Below, in pieces: positions 12,564-23,326 of a stretch of DNA of 57,421 nucleotides (the stretch's first letter is position 1; every line of letters begins with the position of its first letter). The stretch is from positions 1 to 57,421 of the forward strand of contig JAVECL010000086.1 of NCBI GenBank assembly GCA_051942245.1. Direction: 5' to 3'. The DNA is from Trypethelium eluteriae. Lineage: Eukaryota. Below the pieces are notes generated by a model. It had not been told where the DNA came from, searched no databases, and saw nothing but the letters and a program-made list of their open reading frames with translations. Made by a program: the position numbers and the translations under genes.

Positions 12564-13676
12564 TCAAGACCGCCACGGCCCCTGCGCCTTCTCTTGTTCT
12601 TTCTTCTTGGACTGAGGCTTGTCTTTCTGAGGGAGCCTAGCGGCGGAGCCTGAAGCTGCAGTTGACGGCTTAGGCCGGCCTGCCATAACTTTCTGACTGG
12701 TTACAGAAGAAGCCGCCACAGAAGGCTGCGAAGAAGAACTAGCAGCAGGGGAGGCACGGCGTTCACCGGATTTTCTTCCGATTTGGCTTGCTGGGCGTTG
12801 GGATTGAGCGTCGCTTGATTGCAGATGGCGTCTCCCTGGCGGACTTTGGGTTCCTGCAGGAGGAGCTTGAGCGGCAGAAGAGGTTTCGGCGGGTCTCCGC
12901 TCCTCATTCAACATATCTTCCGTCCAGTGCAGCTCATTGTATCCTGGACATCTCGCACCAATATATTTCCAGGCGGGATGGTACGGCTCTTTACGAGCAG
13001 GGTATTTGTCATCGTCGTTCATGCCACGTCCCTCATAGTACAGACGGCGGACGTTATCCCACCTGATAGGCCATTTCTTTAGAGAACTTTGGATGTATTC
13101 ATCAGCCGCACCCTCCGTATGACAACATGAGAGTGCGATACCGGCCTTAGTTTGATCAAACTCTCGAAGATACCTGGCCAGAATATATCGCACAATGTTG
13201 GAAGAGCTTTCTGGGATTTTATAGATGTAGGAGTCCCAGTAGTTGCTTGGAATTTTGTCCGCAAGCCTTTCAACAGCGTCGAATTCCTTCACATATCGCT
13301 TCATGCGCACCTTATCATCCATCGTTGGGTACTCTTCAAGTAATTCTTCAAGCTTCTTCATTTGCTGATCCTCAATTCTATTCCACCGCGCCAGATTCCG
13401 GGCTATGTTTCTGTCAACGAGATGCTCTCTGATTTCCGCTTGACGATGGTGTTTCTTGATTTCTGCTTCGATCTGTTCCACGTCCGCATCCTTTTCGGAG
13501 GCTCTGATTTCTAGCCTCTCGACACGAAATTCTTCTTTCATGATATTTCCCGTGTGACTCATTAATTCTCGACAAGCTCCATTGTCAAGCGTCAGCATGT
13601 ACGAATCAAGCTCATCGATGTCTTTCAGTAAATAACAGTCTGCTTGATCTTTCCAGAACCCTTTCTCAGGTGACAT
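12564..13676 (-). CDS. Hypothetical protein, 370 aa, intronless; charged helical N-half, aromatic-rich middle, low-complexity basic tail
   Basis: Long ORF with protein-like composition, ATG in aatcATG context, and a TATA-like tataag about 190 nt upstream on the minus strand. No family recognised. Confidence 0.7.
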   Translation of the reverse strand: MSPEKGFWKDQADCYLLKDIDELDSYMLTLDNGACRELMSHTGNIMKEEFRVERLEIRASEKDADVEQIEAEIKKHHRQAEIREHLVDRNIARNLARWNRIEDQQMKKLEELLEEYPTMDDKVRMKRYVKEFDAVERLADKIPSNYWDSYIYKIPESSSNIVRYILARYLREFDQTKAGIALSCCHTEGAADEYIQSSLKKWPIRWDNVRRLYYEGRGMNDDDKYPARKEPYHPAWKYIGARCPGYNELHWTEDMLNEERRPAETSSAAQAPPAGTQSPPGRRHLQSSDAQSQRPASQIGRKSGERRASPAASSSSQPSVAASSVTSQKVMAGRPKPSTAASGSAARLPQKDKPQSKKKEQEKAQGPWRS

Positions 13677-13887
13677 GATTAATGGAGTTGTCCAAATACT
13701 TGGTTACAGTAGATAACGAAGTCAAGCAGAAGGCCTTTGATTCCAATCGCACGAATTGGGTGAAGGTGGGCAATTATGGGTCTCTCAAGACCGCTCGTTA
13801 AGAAAACACAGATCTGGACTTGCAGATTGAGAATAGAGTGGCAGAAACAGAGATTCAGACCCGGCTTATACACTGAATGGAGTTGCA

Positions 13888-14137
13888 TGACTCAGCTGAC
13901 TTCAGATGTGAATTGCTTGTGAGTCATGTATGAATTCACAATGAATCAGCGATGAATGACCTATAGGTTCTCGGAGCTACCGGAAGGCACTGTTGTGACT
14001 GGACTCTATCATGATTGAATACTTGCAGTAATGTCAAAGTCATCCTCGACTGGATTTATGTATGGATTACAGTCAAGTGAAGGAGATTCGGATAGACAAA
14101 ATAGAAACGGATAGGTGATGCCTGCATGTGTGACTCA
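13888..14137. promoter_or_regulatory. Cluster of TGA(C/G)TCA (Gcn4/CpcA, AP-1-type bZIP) elements in a divergent promoter
   Basis: TGACTCA 13888-13894, TGAGTCA 13920-13926 and TGACTCA 14131-14137, a near-match TGAATCA at 13942-13948, and one more TGACTCA at 13555-13561 inside the orphan ORF. Confidence 0.5.
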
Positions 14138-14569
14138 GATCGGCGCAAACAAATCATGTGTAGTAGTATTCATCAACGAGAGCAGACTGTGCACAACTGA
14201 CAGAGTCTTCCATTTCATTAGTTTCGTATCTAGGTAATTCGAAACCGGCTCAACTTCGGCTAAGCTATCGTCCTCGACAGAATATCGACCTCTTGCGGAG
14301 TTCTCAATCATGTCTACCTTAGGTATGTACTCCGTGGGTCAATAGTCGAAGATCGCATCCTCTGGCCGCCCACATTTTCTCGTGTCGCTCCTGAGAGGAT
14401 CTTCCATCGATCACTGCAAATAAGAATTATACTCTCTACAGCAAAGTCTACCTGCGTACGAACAGCAAGATTAACGATTAGGCTCCATCACTTTCTAAAG
14501 CTGGGATTGCTAGTGGCTCTTGATCGATGTCTATACTCTATTAGGAAGTCCTCAAGTTGACCGGCTTGC

Positions 14570-16838
14570 ATGCCAGAAGACCGGGCGGAAAGAGGTCCAA
14601 GGGGCAAATATGCACGCCTGATCTGCCATGCGTGTAGATCAAGGAAGATCAAATGCCTGCTACCAAATCCGGATGAGATAGGACCCTTGGGCATTCCACA
14701 GGTCGCAGAAAAGTCCTGCGAACGATGTCGCAGCTTCAACACGGAGTGCATCGTCGAGCGTACCGTCCTGGGACGTCCAGCAGCGAAACGTGCCCGGCGT
14801 GCTCATTCTCAAGTTGGTGATTCTTCGGTGTTTACGGAGCCAGAAGTCAAAGTTCACGAAGCGGCCACTCCACCCTCCATTTTGGATATCGAGAAGTATA
14901 TATACTCGGAGGTAGCACACGACAACTTCATTTTTGAGAAAGACTATGGAGAAAACCAATCCAAAACTCCTGGCCAGCAAGACATCTTAGAATCAATGAT
15001 TGAGCCTGCCTCTTTTTTTGCTTCGGTTATGGCTAGCAGCCAAACATTCGGCTGTAGCATTGCTCATGCAACTTCACGCTGGCATACGCCCCTTGTGGAT
15101 TTAATTAGCAATGATCTGGTTGTGGTGCTTGATGAGTGGTAAGAACTATATCGCAATACTCTCTAGTATTCCATTGACTGGGGGAGTTAGCTTAGTTTGG
15201 CATCGATTCTTTCTCCTACAAGTGCCGACTCTGGTTAACATGCGGGATCGCTTATCTTCTGACCCACACGCTGCTGCTAATTCTGCGACGAATTTGCTAT
15301 TCGCATCGCTTTGTTTGCTTGCACTCGAGATGCCCAATTGTCCTTGCCAGCGAGACTCGCAATTGATGCGCACTATGCAGCTTGCCGTGTCGGCTTATGG
15401 CCAAGAATTTGTCTTCTCTCCGCCTACACATCGCGATTCTGTTACGGTGAGCCTTTTACTATCTGACTATAAGCCCACGGCATTGGTTAGTTGGCAAAGT
15501 ATCTCGCATAGAGCGATCAGGTCCGGACTGTACGTCAATCTCGCATACCGAATCGCCGAGCGCCTCGAGTTGTTGCCCACACAACTCAGCTTCGAACTAA
15601 GCGATTTGGAAGCCATGGACGCTTTTCACTTAGAGAGCTATCTTGCAGACTCACTACAAGGATTGCATTTATGCTGTCGCGATGCCTTCCAGGACGGCCT
15701 CGTACCCAAACCCCTCCGAGCGATGCAAAGTATACTTGGCCGCATGAAATCTTATATCGACATGTACCAGAAACTCTTGAAATCTCGCCAGTGCTCGCCA
15801 AAAATCGTCTATCATGTTCAAGCCATCACAGGGACATATATCATGATGGAATCTCTGACAGATATGAAGCAAGGCTGGAACCAATTGGATACTTTGTCTA
15901 TGACCATTGAAAAGGCCAAAGAGGAGTGCCTGGAACAAACCGAGTTGATCAATAGCTTCCTTGCAGACTCATCAGGACGCGAGAAGCAGGACGAGGTATC
16001 AGCAGTCCATGTTCTACTCGAAATGCATTTTCACTCGGTGTTTGCTTTCATCTGCGGTGGCGGACTATTCTATGCTATGGTATCGAGAGCGAAACTCGCA
16101 GCGGGCGATGCCAGCAGAGATCCTGAAATCGGTTTCCACGAAGCTGTTCAACTCGGTACTCAGGTCATCGAAAGCTTCAAGGACATTCCATGTGGTAGAA
16201 CATTGAGTTTTTCCACATTCCTAGATCGCTTCGGTGCACCGTATCCTGAACAGCTGCAAGCCAGTCTGGCTAAGTTTATCCAATGCACGGAAACCTTGAC
16301 GCTTGATGGCGTGGCGTTCCATCCTCCATCTCGATATCTGGTCCGTGAGATCGTATTTACTTGCAAGAATATGGTCGAGAATAATATCATTCAGCTGAAA
16401 GGTTTTGGAAGACTCCGTCCCGACTTCGATCAACATCTCGAGTTATTTGCAAAATGCGCACAGAAATTCGAGGCTATGACAGCCTCCCCATGGAAGTCAA
16501 TCGATGCTGCCTTTGCCAGTGGTTGCCTCTACGCTGCGGGAAGCAAAGTGATCCACAGACTCTGCGATTTGATGGAAAGATTGAGAAAAAGAATATCTAG
16601 AGGAGAAGATGGGCAGGAGCAACCGGGTATGCAAAAAGTGCCTACAGACTCCAATGTTTCCAATGAGTCAGGTCTCGAACTTCCCTCCGAGGGACTGGAT
16701 TTGTGGCCTTGCCTTGAAGGGTATGATCTTTTTGAGAGTTCACAAAACCAGTCCGAATGGTTTTCGGCGTTGAGCCTATTCCCTGAGCTTGAACCCACGA
16801 GCGCACCCATTGATGAGTATTTCCCGGACAAAAATTAA
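14570..16838 (+). CDS. Zn(II)2Cys6 binuclear cluster transcription factor, ~738 aa, 2 exons
   Basis: CHACRSRKIKC-x20-CERCRSFNTEC followed by basic GRPAAKRARR. Intron 15139-15190 (GTAAGA..TTGAC..TAG) joins the two track ORFs in frame. Acidic C-terminal tail. Confidence 0.9.
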
Positions 16839-17642
16839 ATCAAGCACTCCCATAATATCACTTCGACATTGTGAGCTTCGAAGATACCTTCCGAACGCGG
16901 CTTAAAGAGCTCATTGGTGAGTAAGCTGTTGAAGTATTAATCATAAGAACAGGCACGGTGTCTTGCCTCAATGAAGGCGACAGAGGCACGCCGAAAAGCA
17001 GGATAATCATGCCCCATCAAAGGATGCTATGACTTTGACTGGAGACCAGTTATCCCTTCATACATTATCGTTGCGAGGGAGATAATTATGAAAACAATTT
17101 ATGAAAGCAAGGCCATGGCATCGCGGGTAGAGACGACGAGGATTCAGTCGGAAGAAAGAAAGGAAGAGCGAAAGACGACTTCCAGCTTCCATGAACTGCA
17201 GTGGAAGTGCCCACGCTTGCTCAGAAGCACTGACGACTGTACTATAAGCCCAGAAGGAAAAAGTGAACCACGGCATAGCAGATGAACACCCAAATGCAGA
17301 GCTCAACGCATTTTCGGACACGGCTCAACGAATGTGGGAGCGAATCTTACAGTAGTCGGGAGTTCTGGAATTCGGAGCAAGAACGTGCAGAACTAGGTGA
17401 CGCTACTAGGTAGTTCAAGGCAGCCGATCTCTTCGCATACACGTTCCAAGGACCCTTCAGCAAAATTTTTGGAAGCGTTGCCGTTGATGAAATCGTAAGA
17501 GGCCTCAACCCGGGAAGGAAAAGTAAGAATCAAAAGAAGAGTTACATCAGAGTCTCGTAATTTAATATGATTCGTATTCTGTAAAGCTGGGAGGCCCCAG
17601 CCCAGTTTTTGGCCACGAGTCCTTCCTTTCGTTGAGCTTTCA

Positions 17643-17688
17643 CGTTGCGCACTCGTTGCGCGCTCGTTGCGCGCTCTCGTTCCGCGCC
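17643..17688. repeat. Short 11-bp tandem repeat CGTTGCGC(A/G)CT, 3 copies plus one degenerate copy
   Basis: Read directly: cgttgcgcact cgttgcgcgct cgttgcgcgct ct cgttccgcgcc. Confidence 0.8.
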
Positions 17689-18153
17689 CGTCTCAGTATC
17701 GCCGACGATTAATTAGCAGATCCTTCGAGTACGGGGTGGAGCAGCATAAACCGCTTTAGGATAACTTATAGAAAGATCATTGACGTTTTAGCACATCGCC
17801 CATTCGTATTCCTCTATCGATTCATGAGGATTGCCCCTTTTTTTGGCCCACTTCGCAAACAAAGGCACTATGCTCACACCGACCCTCTGCAGCTAAGACC
17901 AGCCAGTGAGCATCGGATCCACTGCGTAACTGTGCCCTCATGGGTATAAGAACTTTTGCTATAAATTCGAATACAGTTCCTCACTGGTGGTCAGAATCTT
18001 CATTCTTCGCTTCCCATCACTGCTTTTCCTAGCTCGCCTTCTGAGTGAAATATACCGGTTTGGTTTGGAAACTTCTAGACTTCTCGCTTCTCTGACCGAT
18101 TTACCTGTCCCATCAAACACATCCGCTACTAGGTCTAAGTAGCAGCCCACGAG

Positions 18154-19833
18154 ATGCTGTATATCTCCACAATTGCGGGCCTGTTGGTCATTGGAGTCCT
18201 ACCACTGTGTAGCTTAGCAGCCAGCAATGTGACCGTCACGACCAAGAATGCTACAGGCTTTCCTCCCGTGAGTCGCCCACGATCCACCTGTTGGTCCCTT
18301 TTGCGAGGGTGTACGTATTCCATCAGGACCGCTGACAGTGGACAGTGCGACGCCCTCATTCAGGCGGGGCTAGGTAATCGGCTGCTTTTCGCCACCGATC
18401 CAGACTACGAGCCGCGCATTGCAAGCTGGTGGGCTTTGAATACCCGGTTGCACCCTTGGTGTCTCTTCCAACCGCAGAACACGGCAGAAGTATCCACGTC
18501 CATGAATGCACTGCTGGGTGCTGGAGATGGGGCTGGAGACTGGCATATTGCTGTTCGCGCCGGTGGGCATAATACCGGACGCACGAACAACGTCGATAAC
18601 GGCGTGACCATCGACTTAGGGAATATGAATCGAACGACCTACGATAGCCAATCCAATCTTGCCAGCATTGGCCCTGGTAGCAAATGGAAAGACGTCTATG
18701 CTGAACTGCACAAGCATGGCGTGCTAGTGCCCGGCGGTCGTGATGGAGGGGTCGGGGTTGGTGGTTTTCTGCTGGGGGGCGGCTTGACGTATTATGTAGG
18801 CCGTGAAGCTTTTGCCTGCGATTCCGTCAAGAACTTTGAGATTGTGCTGACTAACGGCACCGTCGTTAATGCGAACAAAGACGAGAACTCTGATTTGTGG
18901 ATGGCCCTGAAGGGTGGTGGCAGTAACTTTGGGATTGTCACCCGATATGATATGGAAGCTTTGCCGGACAAGGAGCTTGCATATGGCATCCGCATAATGA
19001 GTGCAGATTACTCTTCAGACTTGGTTGATGCAATTGTCCACTTCACAGACAATTATCAAGGATTTGACTCCGATGCGCTGGTTGCCTACCTGAGTCACAA
19101 CACATCAATTATCGCATCAGATGTCATCATGGCTGCAATACACGTCAACACCGAAGGCGTGCAAAACACCACCGGCTTCACCAAGTTGAACCAGATTCCA
19201 TCCCTGGTGCCTGATGAGACACTCTCCGTGAGCTTAGCACAGGCTGCCGAAGGTTCGCAGCTCCCGTCCAGATCATGGTCTGTACCCCATCATTATATGG
19301 TCCATGGCAAACGCTGACAAGGATACAGGAATGCCGGTGCGACCTTAACATTTAAGAACGATAAACGAATCTTGAATCGCGCCGTTCAACTGCATGGCCA
19401 GTACGTTCAAGATCTGAAAAATGCACTAGGAGCAGACAATTTCGTGACGTATGTCTTCTTCCAGCCGTTGCCTACGTTCCTTGGCGAAATCAGTAACCAA
19501 AAGGGAGGTAACATGCTCGGAATTGATCTTCAAGAACACAACGCTATCATGTGGACCGGTGGTGTGGCTGTGAAGACCGATCAGCAAGCTCTGGCCTTTG
19601 CCCAAACCCGATTGAATGCCATGCTTGCGGAGCTGAGGAGCTTTTCAGCCTCACTGAGTGGTGGCAACCGACTGATCTACTTGAATTATGCGGACTCGTC
19701 ACAGGATCCTCTTGGGAGCTATGTTAAGAAGAACGTAGATCATATCAAGGCCGTGGCTGCCAAATATGATCCAAAGGGCGCCTTCCAGAAGCGGTTCCCG
19801 GGGGGCTTCAAGATATCGCGCGTAGACGACTAG
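18154..19833 (+). CDS. Secreted FAD-linked oxidoreductase (FAD_binding_4 / berberine-bridge-enzyme-like), ~516 aa, 3 exons
   Basis: Signal-peptide-like N-terminus; AVRAGGH covalent-FAD motif, VGVGGFLLGGG, ALKGGGSNFGIVT; BBE-type C-terminus YLNYAD...KYDPKGAFQ..PGGFK. Introns 18268-18345 and 19278-19328. Confidence 0.9.
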
Positions 19834-20069
19834 AATCAGAGGGAGCACTCTGCTCTCGTAACGGTCTCGAACTCTTCAATAACTAGCATCATGTAATATT
19901 AAGTCACAATGTATTGCTCCACGAAATTGGTTTCACGTGCCAATCATCTCAGAGCGGATGTGTAACAAGAATGGCTGAAAAAAGAAGCTCATAAGAATAT
20001 CGGATCGACGTTAGCGAGGAATTCCAAGATGGTTTTATCATGCCCATGCTGTGCAAAATCTATGAATTT

Positions 20070-20817
20070 CTATTGAAACATTATCATTACTGTGAAGAGG
20101 ACAGCAGAGAAGCATACGATTTGTGTCTGAAGAGATGATACCCAAACCAAATGGCCTGCGGAAGATGCCGGTGTAGCGGTAGGTCCTGGAGAGGTAGACG
20201 AGGAACTCGTGGGATTGGCGGCGGCGGAAGAGACAGCACTGATCTTTGGAGGGCCTCCCCACGTCGTATACGGTGCGGAAACAGTCGTTGATGCGGTGAC
20301 TTGAGAGCTTGTAACGTTTAAGGTAACAAGTGTGGGGGATGGAAGTCGACTGACAAAGCTTGCTGCGTTGCTAGGGAGGCTCGAAGAGGAAGCGAAGCTG
20401 ATACTGTTGAAGAGATAGGCTTTTGCATTTGGAGCAACATCTCCATACTGGCATGGGTTAGAGGGTGGGCTGATCATATTATGCGAGACGGAGACGAACG
20501 AAATTGCAGTTCTGGAGGTTCTTATTGACGCTCGAACCGCAGAAAGGGTCTTGGAATTGCCCGTAACTCGAAGCTGTCCCCTGACAGCAAGAATCACAGA
20601 TTCCAAAAAAATCGACACATGACTCTTGACAGAGACAAGAGATGTATGGAGAGCCGGTGGGCTGGTTTAGGCACTGAGCAGCACACTCGGCGGCTATATT
20701 ACAAGATGATGAACAAATCTCTGATTCTGTGCCTGAAATCCCGAGTTGTGCGTATAGGCCGTCAACAAGAAAGGAGAAGATAATTGAAGCATACGGCCAA
20801 TCCAAGAGTGTTTTCAT
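20070..20817 (-). CDS. Cys-rich secreted protein with Ser/Thr stalk and probable GPI signal, ~231 aa, 2 exons
   Basis: Intron 20448-20499 (GTTCGT..CTAAC..CAG on minus) joins track ORFs 20479-20817 and 20070-20618 in frame. Hydrophobic N-terminus, 12-Cys domain, S/T/P-rich stalk, then SSAG followed by a hydrophobic C-terminus. Confidence 0.8.
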
Positions 20818-21698
20818 TTGAGACGAACAAGAAGGATTTATTGTATGGGAGGAGACTATCTTTGGAAGATGTCCTCCGTAACTCAGTGAAAGCCAATATG
20901 CGTAGATATGAAGATTTACTCTCGGTGAGATATCAGGATCGATCGAGAAGAGGTCTGAGAGGGGCGGGGGCTACAGACGAACACTATTGCCAGTCTGGAT
21001 TTGTCGGTATGAACGTAGAGGCGTTTCGAGTCGCTTATCATTGCTGCAATAGGCAAGGTTCGAAACGACCATGAGGTCTGTTTGTTGGAAAACTGGTTGT
21101 AAGGAGTATAGCTACAAGTGTGGAACACTCTTGCTGGCTGCATTAGTTCGTAATGAACGCCATCGCAATTCAATAGTCCTATTGTATAACTTTAGTATCA
21201 TGCGGCGCATCTGTAACAGAGTTATGCTATGCTGCAGAGCTTAGGACTACGTGAACTCCCTGCATAACGAAAGAGCAATAGTAAATAGCTCGCGTAGCAA
21301 AGAATTTAGGTAGAACGCGTAGCAGGTGCGCATTGCATAAAGAATGAAAGGATCTTTATCTGTGCAATTGAGAAACACGAGACATATGGGATTATTTGTT
21401 ACCAGCGTATACATGTCGGATTAGGAAGTGTGCTCCACACATTTTGTAGGTGTGCTCTTTCCAAACACTCCGCTAGAATTCCCGCGAGTCTTCAAACCTC
21501 ATTGTATCTTGTGCGATTTAGTGAAGCTCTCGAAGCCACTTGATTAGCACAAGTCTTCCATACATACCAGCATCGAGAGAGAAGACAACAATACAAACGG
21601 TGGTCGCTTGCGGACCCTCGACCTCGTTACCCCGTACCTCAAGTGCTTTCCATCCCACACCAAGCTTTCCACACTCACTTTCATACGCCAACTTCGAA

Positions 21699-22622
21699 AT
21701 GGCGCCATCACGAACTTTGTTTGTGGGCAATATTGCTTACGGTTAGTAACATTTGGGATCGTCACGTCCATTTTTGACTGACTGCGGGTTAGCCGCGACG
21801 GAAGAACAGATCACGGATATGCTGAGCCAAGTCGGACAAAGACCACAATTCAGACTGATTCTCGATCGCGAGAGTGGACAACCCAAGGGTTTCGGCTTTG
21901 CTACATTCCAAGATACCGATGCAGCTGCTTCAGCAGTGCGCAATCTCAACAACTACGAGTTCATGGGTCGTACGCTACGGGTGGATTACTCGAACGAGAA
22001 CGATAACGACGCACCTCCAGCTGGCTACGCCGAGAATGCTGTGAATGGGCAGGATAACAGCGCTCTGCCGACCTTACCACCTGGTACGGACCTTCCTGGA
22101 GGTCTGACTTGTACCGATGCGATATCCAAGACCTTGAACGCAATGCCTCCACCCCAACTTCTCGACATTATTTCACAGATCAAAAATCTTGTAACAACAG
22201 ACCCTACCAAGGCTACCGAGCTACTGAAGCAAGCACCACAGCTATCCTACGCCATTTTCCAGGCACTGCTTTTACTCGAATTGGTCGATCCACAGACCTT
22301 GACCTCAATTCTCCAAGGTGGAGGCTTGCCACAAGCGCCAGCACCGCCAGCACCGTCAGCACAGTCTCAGTTCAACCCATATTCCCAGCAGCAATATCCT
22401 CCATATTCCGCAATGCAGCAACCACTTAGTGTACCGACACCTCCTGTGCAACAACAGCCGTATCAGCCACCTCCAGCGCAAACCCCCTCAACAGATCAGG
22501 CACAGCTCTTGCAGATGGTCATGAACTTATCAGCTGATCAAATCAACGCGATGCCGCCGGCGGAGAGAGAACAAATAATGGCAGTGAGGAATCAGATTGC
22601 GTCCGGACAAATCAGGGTATGA
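21699..22622 (+). CDS. RNA15: mRNA 3'-end processing factor Rna15/CstF-64, ~290 aa, 2 exons
   Basis: RRM (LFVGNIAY; KGFGFATF), hinge domain (DAISKTLNAMPPPQLLDII..LLKQAPQLSYAIFQALLLL), C-terminal LSADQINAMPPAEREQIM domain. Intron 21742-21792. Confidence 0.92.
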
Positions 22623-23326
22623 TGGCAAAACAGGGAGTTGAGCGTGGCGTAGGGAGTTTTTACGGTATCGCAAAGCACAGAAGTGCTTGGGTTATAGAGC
22701 ATATACCCCGCTGGGAAATTAGATTGGGCCTTTGAATACTGCTTGGAGAGAGGAATGTTCTGAGAGCGAGCAACGTTGTACATAGTACTTGCATAAGCGC
22801 AGCTGCAAATGACGCCCAATGGCGTGGCTAATCTTCGGTGTCATCATTGATGCCACGTCAAACTCGGTTTGATTGTTCCGAATCGAGATGTGATGGCCTC
22901 ATTGTGTGAAACTTGAAAGCTGCCTAGTACCGAACGTGTCTTACTTGTATTTCCACCGAGAGGGCACAGAGTCCAAGCATTGGACCAGCCACCGTATTTT
23001 CGCCCTCGTGATTTGCAGTTGCCCGCTAGCGACATCGACAACAACTTCGACGTACCAAAGCTCTCCACCCTGATGTCTACGGCCATTGGGCGCTGTCTCG
23101 TTCCCACATATTTTGCTTCGCACTGTATATTACCTCACTGGATATACTGCACTAATTTTTCATGACTTGACGGTCTTTTCACACCAGATTTCCATCAGCA
23201 CCAGTCATGATCACTATCGACAACGCACCTGGAAATAAAATACTCTAGTAGCCTAAGACTAGCCGCTGCTGGCACGGGTGTTTGCTAATTGTTGGAGCGT
23301 TCGGCAAAGATTGAGCGATCCAAAAG

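Noticed and set aside
17040..17500. Purine-rich coding-like fragments between the TF and the oxidase
   Set aside because: Multiple stops and no recognisable homology; cannot call a pseudogene.
21050..21075. GGTTCGAA resembling a tRNA T-loop
   Set aside because: No matching T-stem, D-arm or acceptor stem.
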